From Paramecium tetraurelia (taxonomy: Eukaryota): a stretch of 64,000 nucleotides of DNA. The translations under genes were made by a program, and so were the position numbers. The stretch lies in assembly GCA_000165425.1 (NCBI GenBank), contig CT868507.1, forward strand, positions 1 through 64,000, read 5' to 3'. This document shows, piece by piece, positions 31,112 to 42,853 of this stretch (position 1 is the stretch's first letter; every line of letters begins with the position of its first letter). Under the pieces are notes generated by a model that saw only the letters and a list, made by a program, of their open reading frames with translations, did not search any database and was not told where the DNA came from.

Positions 31112-32267
31112 TCAATTTTATTCTTTTTCAGATTGTTAATGTTCGCTATCATTCTCAGGTTAAATTTCATCATCCCTCGGATCGACATTTTCAGGTACGT
31201 CACTATCCTCAGTGATTATCTTGTTAAATATTTATCTTCCGTCCCTTTCATCTTCCTCCTTTCTTGACTACTTATTGTTTTTAGGAGATGTAGGCTTTAT
31301 CGTAAAGATGCTTTATAATTGAGTGACTTAGATGGTGGAGTTGTTCTAAGGAACCTAAGAAGCTTTTGGGAAGAAATTTTATTAAGGCACTTTGTTATCA
31401 GTCTTATTTGATAGGGAGCATTTAAAATCAAAGCGTTTAGAAGTGGATAACAGTTATCCATAGCCTACACTTTCATTCGTTTTTGGTAGCGATTGCTATT
31501 TCTATGACTTCGAATTCTATTTATCTCCTTGCCTCTTAATCCAATCATAGGTTGAAATACCTTTGTATCTTTACATAGATTTATGGTTTACTTAAAGAAA
31601 ATGTGCATTCCTAGTAAATAAGAAAGAACAATTAGGATTGGAGGGTCAAGAATGATGCTGACAAATGCAAGAACTTAGTAGGCATTTTTTTGTAGGAGGA
31701 GAACATCCTGAGTAATTCTCAGACACTTGAAACTTACAAGTAGGACAACTAAGATGAAAAAGTACTTGTAGTTCTTAATGCCGATGCAATTATTTAACCA
31801 TATGCAGTGATGATCAAAACCTTCAACACACCTTATTAATTTCATTATGTTACTTGCTGCAACTAAAACAATGCTTGGATGTTTCGATTACATGAGCTTG
31901 ACATATCAAACAATAGGTTTTGAGATCTGTTTTGAATTCCAATCTAAAATAGAAATAATGATACACCCTTTCGATTTAGAGTTGCGCTCCTTCAAAACTA
32001 TACTGTCAGTAGGATCAATGAGAGTAGCCCTTAAGCATGTAAAAATGATGGCAGTTATGAGAATGGTAAGTGCTATTAGCATAAACTCCTAATTCTTAAT
32101 TGGGCATTATCAACCTTGAGGCGTTCATCCATGAGGAATGAGATCAAAAATGAGGTGATCATGTCGAAAACAGTGTACATCCAACTTACTGCTTGATAGA
32201 GTTGAAGATCACTGCACCCATGACGACGGATGGGTTTCAGACGTTCTTTTTATATTTCAGCATCCAT
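31112..32267 (-). CDS. DHHC palmitoyltransferase (ZDHHC1/11-like)
   Basis: IRRHG..Q N-terminus, [45 protein letters not shown]. Confidence 0.95.
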
Positions 32268-32319
32268 AATAATGATTATAAAGTGTTTTGAGATATATAT
32301 TATATGTACATGGTCACAA

Positions 32320-32981
32320 TCATTTTTCTTTGAATACAAATTATAGCAAATTGTTGAGTTCTTTGATTTGAGTAAAGTCAACAATGTGTACAAATATTCT
32401 GTTTCCATCATAGATTGTTGATATCATTCTCTGGATTTCATTTTCCTTTCCAGATATTTTCATGTCCAATCTATCATTGCCAATCAAATGAATGGGAACC
32501 TTGCCTGTCATTTTGTTTTCATTACATAACTTTTAGACTTAAACAATTCTCTTCTTGAACAACGAGACATCAAATTATTCAAAAATTATCATGATGCAAT
32601 TAAAGGAATCATTGATTCTATTCTCCAAATCTAACAATCCTCCTTCACTTGAATCGAATTCCTTACACAATTAATCCAACAAATTACCCAAAATTGAATT
32701 TTTTATTGTTAATATAACATGCATTTAACATCTAATCCAATCGTTTGAGGTAAATTACTCACCATTGGAATTTAATTTATGAGACTACAGATGAAGGCTG
32801 TTTTTCCAACTGCTGTATTCATACCCAATACAGCTATTTTGTAGAAGGACCCTAATTTGATCGAGTCTTACGAAGAGACTGATTTACAATTGGTGAGATT
32901 TTCGTTTGTCGATTTTACGTCGAGTGATTTTTAGTAACGGAGCGAGATCCTTTTCTAAGTGATACCTTAAGTTGCACCCAT
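32320..32981 (-). CDS. Atypical Ras/Rab-like small GTPase with possible N-myristoylation
   Basis: KIAVLGMNTAVGKT, TIGLD, KIQFWE, VPIHLIGNDRLD; one 26-nt intron; starts MGATQG. Confidence 0.8.
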
Positions 32982-32997
32982 TTATATTTAATAATAA

Positions 32998-33879
32998 ATG
33001 TAATAACAAAAAAATAAAAAAAGGAAATTTCAGAAGCATCAAAGGTCAGGTCAACAACATGCGCAATCTGATATCCTGTATAGTGGATTCTTGTTGACTT
33101 GTGATAAGAACAGAGAGAGAGAAGCTGTAAAGGAGGCGTATCAAATCATTGAACAATATGTAGAATAAATATACCCGCAGGAATCATCAAAATATGAAAA
33201 ACTACTTGAATAAAATACTAATAACAAGGGAGTCGTCAAAATGTTGTATAATTTCGAAACCAAAGTGAAGTGTGTGATTTTCATCAGAATTAATAGCCAA
33301 GAATTTCCATCCATTGATGTTGATGAATTGAGTAGAATCATCTTGAGTGATGTGTATGAAAAGTCACAACAAGTGGCCAGATATATCTATAGAATGATTC
33401 CCATACAATATGTATTCAGAGCCACTCTAGATGAATTTAAAAAGCATGCTCAATTGCTTGTGAATAAGCATTTCTAATTAGATCGTCCACATCCTTGGTT
33501 TCTGATATTCAAAACTCGATATACGGATAAAATCAATAAGCAATAGGTCTTATCCATCTTGTAAGAATTGATTGAGCCTCTGCATTATCAAGATTGGCAA
33601 GAGCCTGATTTCGTTTTCTTTGTCGAAGTAAATGGCGCAATTATGTACATAAATATACTACCTAAATACCACGAATATAGAGAGTATTCCATTAGGAAAG
33701 GTGGATAGCCAGTATTAGACACTATGCCAGAGAGAAAAAACAATTTCACAGACAAAATAGTGAAGAAGGTTAAAGGGTAAAATGAGTAGGAAGTCTAGAA
33801 TGTGGTTAGCATGTAGGATCCGAATTCAGACTTCTAGAAAAAAGAATTTTTTGTTGAATAGGATGTAGATTTACTGTGA
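32998..33879 (+). CDS. THUMPD1: THUMP-domain tRNA acetylation adaptor (Tan1/THUMPD1-like)
   Basis: GFLLTCDKNREREAVKEAY, CVIFIRI, RYIYRMIPIQ, PDFVFFVEV..LPKYHEYREYSIR; intronless. Confidence 0.85.
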
Positions 33880-33929
33880 TCTGAATATGAAGGATTAGAT
33901 AATAAATAAAATTGTATAAGAAAATCCTC

Positions 33930-34591
33930 TCAATTCCTGCTTTGGTTTGTTAGTCTTCTACATTCTTAGATTTGTTTTTGAAAATCTGATGCTGATTCCT
34001 TGTCTTGGATTTGATGGCATAGCTTCTCACCTTATTGAAAATATTGTCTGAATTAATTCAATAATATTACAGTGCAGCTTGAATTTGACCATTGCTTCGA
34101 TGACACTTGCCCAATTTAAAGTAGGCCTTGATGTTGGAGGTGTCAATGTATAAAACAAATTACAGCAACTCCATAGTAGCAGGTTTCTTCAACAATTCCA
34201 AGTTGAGTTGAATGTTATGAATTAGAGGAACTCCGAATTCTCTCCACATTTTACTATCATTTAATGCCAATATTGAGAGGTAATACTCATACAAGGCCTT
34301 GTCATATTATTATTTTTAGTAATATTTAGTGCCCTATGTTCTGTGATAATCAACCCATTCTGATCTATCTTCGTAATCGAGGTCCTAAACATTTTTTGTA
34401 CTGAATTCCTTACTTCTGTTAACTTTCTTATTCTCTAATCGTGCTCAACTCTGCTTGATTCAATTTCTTGACTAAAGGAATTACTATGAATAGTTTTACA
34501 GTTTTCTTTCACTGGCGTCAAACTCCAATTGCACCAATTTCGATTTCACCAAAAGCGTGATTTCCTAAAACTTTGAACCCTCTATTTCCAT
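33930..34591 (-). CDS. TPR-repeat protein
   Basis: RTQGTKYYQKQQYDKALYEY..IDTSNIKAYFKLGKCH..AALQYF. Confidence 0.8.
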
Positions 34592-34618
34592 TAATAAATA
34601 ATTTATTTTATAGAGTAT

Positions 34619-35984
34619 ATGCTTTAAAATAAATAAAATTCAAATTGTCTCTAGTTTCCCTCTGTTATCATTCCTCAGTATGGATATATACACCTAAAGT
34701 GAATAGATAATAGATGATGTATTTTTTTGAATGAATAACAACTATATGACAGTTTAATAATTGCAAAGAAATAATTTAAATTCAAATTTCTCTTAGTAAA
34801 ATATGAAATCAATATAGTAAAGGTTGACCCCCACTAAAATCAAGATTAAAGATGATTCCAATGTCACAAGAATTAGTTGTGTCAATCATGCAAATAAGAC
34901 TGCCAAGTATTATCTATCCAAGGATAACACTGTGAATCTATGTTCCAAATGCACAGTGTAAATGATGGGAAAAGGACACAAGGTTGAAGAATTACCCGGC
35001 CTTGAAGAGGAATATAGAAGGAAACAAATAAACCAATTCATCAATTAGGTGAACAACAACATTCCTCATATTGATAAGATGATGAATGCTCTTATGACAA
35101 AGAGGGATGACATCCAAAAATACTACGAGTAGCAAAAAGAAAAGATTGAAAAGTTTCACACTCAAATTTACTAGGAATTAGAAAATGAAAAAAATAAAAA
35201 GTTATAACAATTATACACCAATTTCAAGAGTGTACAAAAATAGTATGATGAAAGCATCCAAAGTTTATAGTAATCTAAATCAGAAACTATATGTATGAAA
35301 AAGGACATAGAATATAATCTAAATTAAATTATCAAGTAGATTTAAAATGAACCCTTTAATGAAATTATGACTAGTTACAACAAGAATCTTCAGATATTCG
35401 TTGGCAAAACAGATCTAATAGCCAAAACTCCAATTGAGGTCTTGAAAGTGACTGTAAATGAATAAATCAATCTAAGTCATCTTATGTCAATATAGTAATT
35501 GAAAACATGTTTAATCAAGAAAAACCTTCAAGATTCAAATAACAAATAAGAACCTAATGATAGTGTCTATGAAAGTTTAGAGAAAAAGGAATACTTTACT
35601 TCGCCTAAGGTGGGTAGAATGGCATTATCCTCAGTGAAAACACCAAAGTAAGATTACAGCGTAAAGAATGTGGCCTCATTCGAATTAACAACTGAAGATT
35701 ACTACGAGGAAGGACATTCGTAAATGATTGAAAGAGACGACATTGAGAATTCATACTAAATGATGTTGTTGGATGCTCATTCAGATCAAGAGCCAAAGAA
35801 AGTTGATTAAGATATTTTGGGATCATTTGGACCAGCCTAAATTAGTAATACTAATCCAAGTACTAGTTTATAATAAAACAATAACAAACTGTTGGTGTCC
35901 AAAATAATTGAAAGAAACAATTAAAAAAACTCAGATAAAAATTATGTGCTTAAAGCTACAAACACATCACTAAAGCTTATATGA
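34619..35984 (+). CDS. B-box-like zinc finger plus coiled-coil protein
   Basis: CVNHANKTAKYY..LCSKCTV..GHKV followed by coiled coil and a low-complexity tail. Confidence 0.7.
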
Positions 35985-36062
35985 TGATATGTATTATCTA
36001 CTTATTCATTTATCAATTTTAATTAAGAAATTATTAAATAATTTTTAGTATAAATTTATAAA

Positions 36063-37876
36063 TCAAACATTGTTATCAAAGTAGATGCTTGTTATTATCG
36101 TACCAAAAATACCGACAAAACTTGCTATCAATTATATGGCTAAGCTTTGGGTCATTGCAATTCCAAGCACTGTAAATGGCTTATTCTCTTCATCATAGCA
36201 CAAATCTTGATAGGCCTACTCAATAGCATTTAGAACATATTGAGAGTATAAAAAGAACCAGTTTTTGCTTCCATTCTACTATTCAATTCTATCGATTGTA
36301 AGTTTGAGTGTTCTAAACATGAAATCTTGAGGTTCCACATGGTATTCTTTCTTAATGAATGATTAGGTTGATAATTGTTGATATGTAAACATGTTTCTCT
36401 TCAACATCGTTTGATGTACCTCAGAATGTTTGTTGATACGAGCACCCTAAAACACAATCAAAATGGTTAAGAACATTATGGTCAAAACATCATATCCAAT
36501 TTAAGTAAATAGTGAGATCTTACTTGAATCATCCAAATTGAAACAACTTACCACATCAAAAATATTAAGAATCGCAAATATGATCAAAACTAGAATAATT
36601 TCTAGACAAAATGATATGATTGCATTTTCTCTTTGATAATATTGCAAACCATAATCGACCAAGATTTTCCTTAAATTTTACCAAGAAAATAGAGATTGGG
36701 CACATAGGAAGTTTAAGGTTGGGAATATCTTGGTTTCATCAAATTCCTCTACTTGTTAAGCTGAAATTAAATGAGACAGTTAATTCAGACAAAACACTTT
36801 CCTCTGCAAATCTCTAAAAGTTATCAACATTATGAAGACTACAAAAAAGTATCCTAAAGTGTTCAATGTTGTGATGGTAATGAACATCAAAATTTGACAC
36901 TAAGACCCATTCCAGAATTACGAGTAGAAGATAGTCAATAGAATCCTGAAGCAGCTAGCAACAACTGCTATCAAAATGTACAAATACAATGGAGATTGAT
37001 TGTTATAATAATCTATAATTTCGATAGCCATTTTCAACCCGTCTCCAGCATATTTGCACTCATTCTTCAAGCCTTCAAATTTATGTTATATTTTATCCTT
37101 TCTCTTCTCATTTGGCTGAACTATAAAATAGAAAACAAACAATCCAGGTTCAATATGCATTCTCTTAATAGACTGTTCCAATTCAAACTTTATTAGCTCT
37201 GGAGTCTACTTGGCCCATAGAATTGGGTTGATTTGAGCTTCAAATTTATTTAAGATTTCAGAAAGTGGAAATTTCTCTAACAGTTCCAGTTTTTAAGGGT
37301 GGTAGAAAGCCAAAATAAGATTTTACAAAATAATCTCAGATATCTCTTGGATGATGAAGTATAATAATACTAAACAAAGTATAATATATATATTTTACAT
37401 TAGAATGTCAAAGTGTCCATTGGTTCGAGTATAAAACCAAGGGTCAAGAGTAGGTCGACACAGTATCTTAGATAACTGAAGAACACCTTCCAGGTACACC
37501 CTAATAATTACCAATTATAGAGTATTTGTTTGTGATTCCACCCAAATAATAAGATATTAAGGGGCCCGAGGATTTAAATCATCAAGCCAAACAAAGTGTA
37601 TTTTATAAATGAAATAACTTAGAAATGGACTTCGTGGGGTTTGCTTTTGTATTTAGGATTATTGGGATCGAATTAAGAGATGTCTAGGTTGTCTTCCTTG
37701 AAAATGTCATTGGTTAGGGATGTTTTCAATATGACTGGATCGTTCTAAATTTTACAGCTAGATTTAATCATTTGATTTTGAAAGTTAGCTATGATAGAAC
37801 TATGAGAATAGAGGGAAGGTGCTATGCTGATCTGTTCATCGATGAGTTCTAAAGGGATTTCTTCTTCCATTAGCAT
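36063..37876 (-). CDS. PHTF-like multi-pass membrane protein (paralog A)
   Basis: DLQRKVFCLNQLSHLISA..FPTLNFLCAQSLFSWQNLRKILVDYG and C-terminal KPFTVLGIAMTQSL plus a final TM helix. Confidence 0.75.
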
Positions 37877-37895
37877 AAATATAATTTAAATAATA

Positions 37896-39843
37896 TCAAC
37901 TAGACACTTATAAAATGAAGTTTAATCCCGAGGTTCCGATCAATCCCAACGCACTAATACATACTTATAAAAGTAGTTAATAGGTCATGGCTATTCCCAT
38001 CACAGTATATGGCTGGGATTTTTCTTGGTGACCCAAATCATCATACTAAAAAGTAGTGACTATTTAATTACCACATTTTGGATTGAACGAATGCAAAACA
38101 TGGAGTAGTTCAGAAATTAGTCATCCTGAAGTGCGCTTTACACTGAAGCAGTTTCAAGCAGCTTTTGGAATGCCTAAAATATTATAATTTATTACAGTAA
38201 AAACTGGATCTTCAGGTTTGAAGGTGTAATCCAATGACTTAAAAATTTGAAATGCCAATTATTGGATAAGGAATAGGTTTTTCCGCAATAATCCTCTATG
38301 AATACTCCAATGTGCATTGATTCTGGCTCCTTGCAATACCAGAGCAATTGATATCGATGCAATAATCACAAAATCAAAAGTCTATTAGAGTATGCTATTG
38401 ATAGTAATGGCTCCCAAATAGAAGAGGAATGTCATAACGGCCATCATGATTGCATTGAGAATCATGATAAAGGACAACATGAAGGATTGTCTCATTGTGT
38501 ATTGCAATCCATAATCGAGAATCATCTTTCTCAGATTGACCCAAGAATATAAAGAAACACAACACAATAGATTGAGAGTTGGGAACATTTTAGATTCCTA
38601 ATACACTTCAACTTTCTCCGCTGAAATTAGGTGAGATAGTTGAGTCATTGCAAAGACCTTTCTTCTTAAGTCTCGATAAGTGATCATCATCAAGCCAGTT
38701 ATCATGTAAAAGTACATAAATTAGAAAATGCACATTTACACAGCTATACCATAATCCTTCACAGATTCATTACAGAAGTTCATTATGAGGACATAGGCTG
38801 CCACTCTTACTAATGCAACAAAGATTGAGAATTTATTTATGAAATTAATGTGGCATTTCTTATTGAATTCTTCGACAATTTCTTTTGCCATTGAAATACA
38901 ACTAGCTGCCACTTCCTCATAATGCTTCAGTTTGTTATCTCGATATTCAACTTAAATTCGTTTTAATTTCTCTTGACTAGGTGCTATCATAAAATATACA
39001 AGAAAAGAAGTTGGTTCAATCTGGTTTCTTTTAATTGATTATTCGAACTCCCTATTGATTATTGATGGTAATTGCTATATCCAATGATATGGGCTTAGGC
39101 TCTATTCGCATAGGTCTCTAATAACATTGAGGTCAAATCTTTCTACGAGGCTCAATTTAGTGGGATGGAAGAAGGAAAATTTGATGGCATAGGTAACATT
39201 CTCTGTTATAAAGAGGATACCAAAGAATACAATTTCGTAATGCATCATTCTGAATCCATAGTTTCCGACATAATAAGCAAAAGAGAAGAAAAACGCATAA
39301 TTAGATACCCAACAAAAATAGTTAAAGGCTGTTGGTTTTGACCACCCATAAATTCTGAAATTGCCCATAAAGTTTATCCATCCTTTGTCAATTAATCCAT
39401 AAACCAACATTAATGGTCCAAAAATAGAAAATAATATTCTAAGTGTCAGATACTTAATGAATATTTTGATTCTGAAATGGACCTCATGGGGTTAGGTCTG
39501 AATAACGATAAATCAATATGTACTCTATATTTGATCGAAGTTGGATCGAAATCACTATTCCTAGATCTTCCTAAATCCTCCCTGAAAAATAGTGAGGAGC
39601 CATTTTTGGATTTACAGAAAGACTCTCTTTCACTCCTTCCTGGAGTTATACCTAAGTTGGTTTCGTGTTTATCTTCAAATTCAGATTGGCTCATCTAAGA
39701 TTTCAGTCAAATTGTGTTGTTACATGATTTACTGACACAATCTTATCTTATATCAAAGAAATCAGAGATATTTTTGGGAACTTCACTTTGACTTGGTTCT
39801 TTTCTAGATCATCTAATTCGTTAGCTACTTATTCGTCAGACAT
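37896..39843 (-). CDS. PHTF-like multi-pass membrane protein (paralog B)
   Basis: DLRRKVFAMTQLSHLISA..FPTLNLLCCVSLYSWVNLRKMILDYG and C-terminal QPYTVMGIAMTYQL plus a final TM helix. Confidence 0.75.
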
Positions 39844-39914
39844 CTTTAATTTATTTTTATTATGGATGAATTTATTATAAATATATATATATATGTAATT
39901 CATATTTGTATAAT

Positions 39915-40855
39915 TCAAATATCCCTTTATTCTAATGCTTTGTTGAAATTCTCAAATTTACTACTATTTTCACAACCAATTATGAATTATTGGACAATCT
40001 TGGATTCCATCTAATGCGATTCCACATCCTCGATTGATTTGTATATTTTCAATGAAAATTTGTATTTATTTTTACAATCCACACACCTACAACCAGAATT
40101 ACAATATTTTCCATCTTGATGACAACTACAAAACTTGTTTTGGCACTTGGATTTTCCACAAGTGCATCCTTTTAAATATCTTGATGTTCGTTATTTGATT
40201 CTTTTCTGTTTGATCAGTTTCTTCTAAATTTTCTCCAATTTCTTATTCATTTACTTGTTCTAACAGTTTTGACAACCACAGTGCTTACCACAAGTCTTGC
40301 CTCTTGCAAAACATTCACAATAACTTTGTTGACACTACGACTTATTACATTGACATTTAATCTGAGGTTGTAAATCCTTCACTTCAATAGGATCTACTTC
40401 AGAACATCTTAAATCATCCAAATCCTCATTCGATTCTTATTTAGGACCCTTCTCGCCCATAGATGAACATTCTGTAGAAAATTAGACTGAATTTGGGGCA
40501 CTAATCTGTTCAAATTAATCATCAATCGAGTAGGCTCTAAATAATGAATAGAATGGATTACCTATTAATTTGGCTGTTTTCATCAAAGAAGCCTCTGAAT
40601 GATTGACAAATTGATTACTCATTGGCCTCGCAATCTGATTCACTAAAGTACTACATTAATGGTTTCATCTTTGTTCAATATAAATATTTCTCAAGTTTTG
40701 GTGGGAACAATATTGCTTATATACCTAGGGTCTTGGGGATTCCTTAATAAGATACTGTATTTTCGGAGCTTTTTTATTTTTTGTCGGAGGCACTAGTAAT
40801 TTATATTATATATATATATATTAATATATATCAATACAAATTCATGTGAATACAT
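39915..40855 (-). CDS. Tesmin/TSO1/LIN54-type CRC (double CXC) DNA-binding protein
   Basis: CQCNKSQCQQSYCECFARGKTCGKHCGCQNCQN and GCTCGKSKCQNKFCSCHQDGKYCNSGCRCVDCKN; start uncertain. Confidence 0.9.
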
Positions 40856-40878
40856 TAATTTAAACATCCTTTATTATT

Positions 40879-41858
40879 ATGTTTTTTAATGACACTACAA
40901 GCTAATAATAAATTGCACTTACTCCTGATTCAAAAATCACTGAAAGAGTGAAAATTCCTTAAACACAAACGAAACAATAGATCATTGAACATCATTAAGG
41001 CATTAACAAATTACTCGATAAAATGAATGAAACCATCGGCAGAATATTTAAAACCAAAGAGGATGAATTACGAGGCAATATCAAATAACAAATCGACGAA
41101 GCCTAAGCATAAGTAATATAACTGACTAATGAAACTACAGAAGATTAAGTGCAACGGAAATTGAAAGAGAAAAGATAAGAAATAGAAGAAGAAAGATAAA
41201 AAATATTACAATCATCCATGGAATTCTCAAACAAATGTATTGAATACAAGAACAGTCTCAGCAAAGTTATGACTACAACCAAAGATCTAATCTCAGAAAT
41301 ACAATTTCTAGACACCTAGTTAATGAGTGCCAAAATTACAAATTAGCAATTAAAGAAACAATTGGATAACATCTAAACCAATACAGTCAATCAAGATTAT
41401 TTCAGTCATGAATCAACTTTCAGATAACCAGAAATACCAGGAATGGATATCGAAGGAGTCAATGAGCAATATCAAAAGGCAGAGTAAGAGCTAATTAAAA
41501 CCAAAAAGATTTACGAGAACATTGAATAAGTCAAACAGGATTCAGCATTTGAAGAAAATTAAATTGAAAAAATATTCCTTGTAATCTATTCACATTAACT
41601 CCATAGGAATGTGTTTAAAAAGTCAAGCAGCACAAACTTAATACTGAAATTCAAAAAGTTTAGTAGCTGAGTAAAAATCCTAGACAATTACTTAAACCTA
41701 TTCAATCATTAAAACAATTTCACAAGCAAACAGAAGCATTAAACCAACAAGACTTCATATTTTCAGACATTGAATTCAATGACATTCATAAGAAAATGAT
41801 TTTCGATGAATTTTTATCAAGAAATGAAATCAAAGCCCTGATTTACAATTTGCTGTGA
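40879..41858 (+). CDS. Coiled-coil hypothetical protein
   Basis: Open code-6 frame with heptad pattern, one intron near 41581-41607, TGA at 41856. Confidence 0.75.
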
Positions 41859-41934
41859 TATTGCGATTTGAGAACAGTCCAAATTTTTATCTACATTAAA
41901 ATAATTAATTATTAAAAACAATACATATTTGATA

Positions 41935-42473
41935 TCATACACATAAGGTCATCTTTTACTCTTTTTTTATTGCTACTTTTTCATAGGCTGGTGGTTATTT
42001 TACAGTTTATTTGTCAATTCCTCTAGTTTTAATTGAACTTATCTCTCAATCTCCTTTTTTTATTCCTAACGAAGGGTTTCCTCTATTCTTTTTAAGTCTT
42101 ACAAGCGTTGCATTTCCATTCTGTGATACTCAATTTGTTATTAAGTAACACTATGCTTTTATTCAACCTGTTTAACCTTTACTTCTTCTTCCTTCTTCTC
42201 CTACACATTCTTCAATGCTTTCTCCTACTTTCTTTGTTTGCTTGACTTATTCTTCTTGGTTTTCTCATTCTCCTTCTTCCCTGAGATCTATTAATATTGC
42301 ATTTAGGTATTTTATTGATTCTGTCCTTCCTATTGTTATAACTAATTTTATTGCGGGGCTTATTCATCATCCCATTTCACAACACCAAAGCACTTCAAGA
42401 AAAGCATGATAAAATAGTAGAATATTTTGAGCAATACAAAGAGCCCGAAAATAGCTTAAATAGTTTATAACAT
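41935..42473 (-). CDS. Small protein with N-terminal TM anchor and charged coiled coil
   Basis: MLQTIQAIFGLFVLLKIFYYFIML.. then Q/K/E-rich; the span is not a clean multiple of 3 by my count, so the frame is not fully resolved. Confidence 0.55.
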
Positions 42474-42853
42474 TAATTTATTTAACTATTCTCATATTAG
42501 TAATTTTTTTTATTTCTTAAAACTGAAACGAAAACACAATAAAAAAATAAATTAGCTCATCTAAAATTATATTCCTTAATAGAAAAGTCAGAGAATCTCA
42601 AAGAAATTAGTATAATTTTCTCTAAGTTTAATTCATAGTGAATCCCAAAACCTATTGCAATTCAAGACAATTATCATAGAAGATGATTTTGAATTATTAT
42701 AAAACATCGTAATTAAAGGAAATGTGTTGGTTAACAATCAATAGTCAATCAATAGATCAACTATATCAAAAACGGTTTAAAATAAAGAACAACTAATTGA
42801 TTGCACTAAAAAACTATAAAAAAATTATATTTAATTCAATTAATTATATTTTT

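Noticed and set aside
41935..42473. Selenoprotein S/K-like reading of the TM plus coiled-coil gene
   Set aside because: No Gly/Pro-rich tail before the TGA and no SECIS element recognised downstream.
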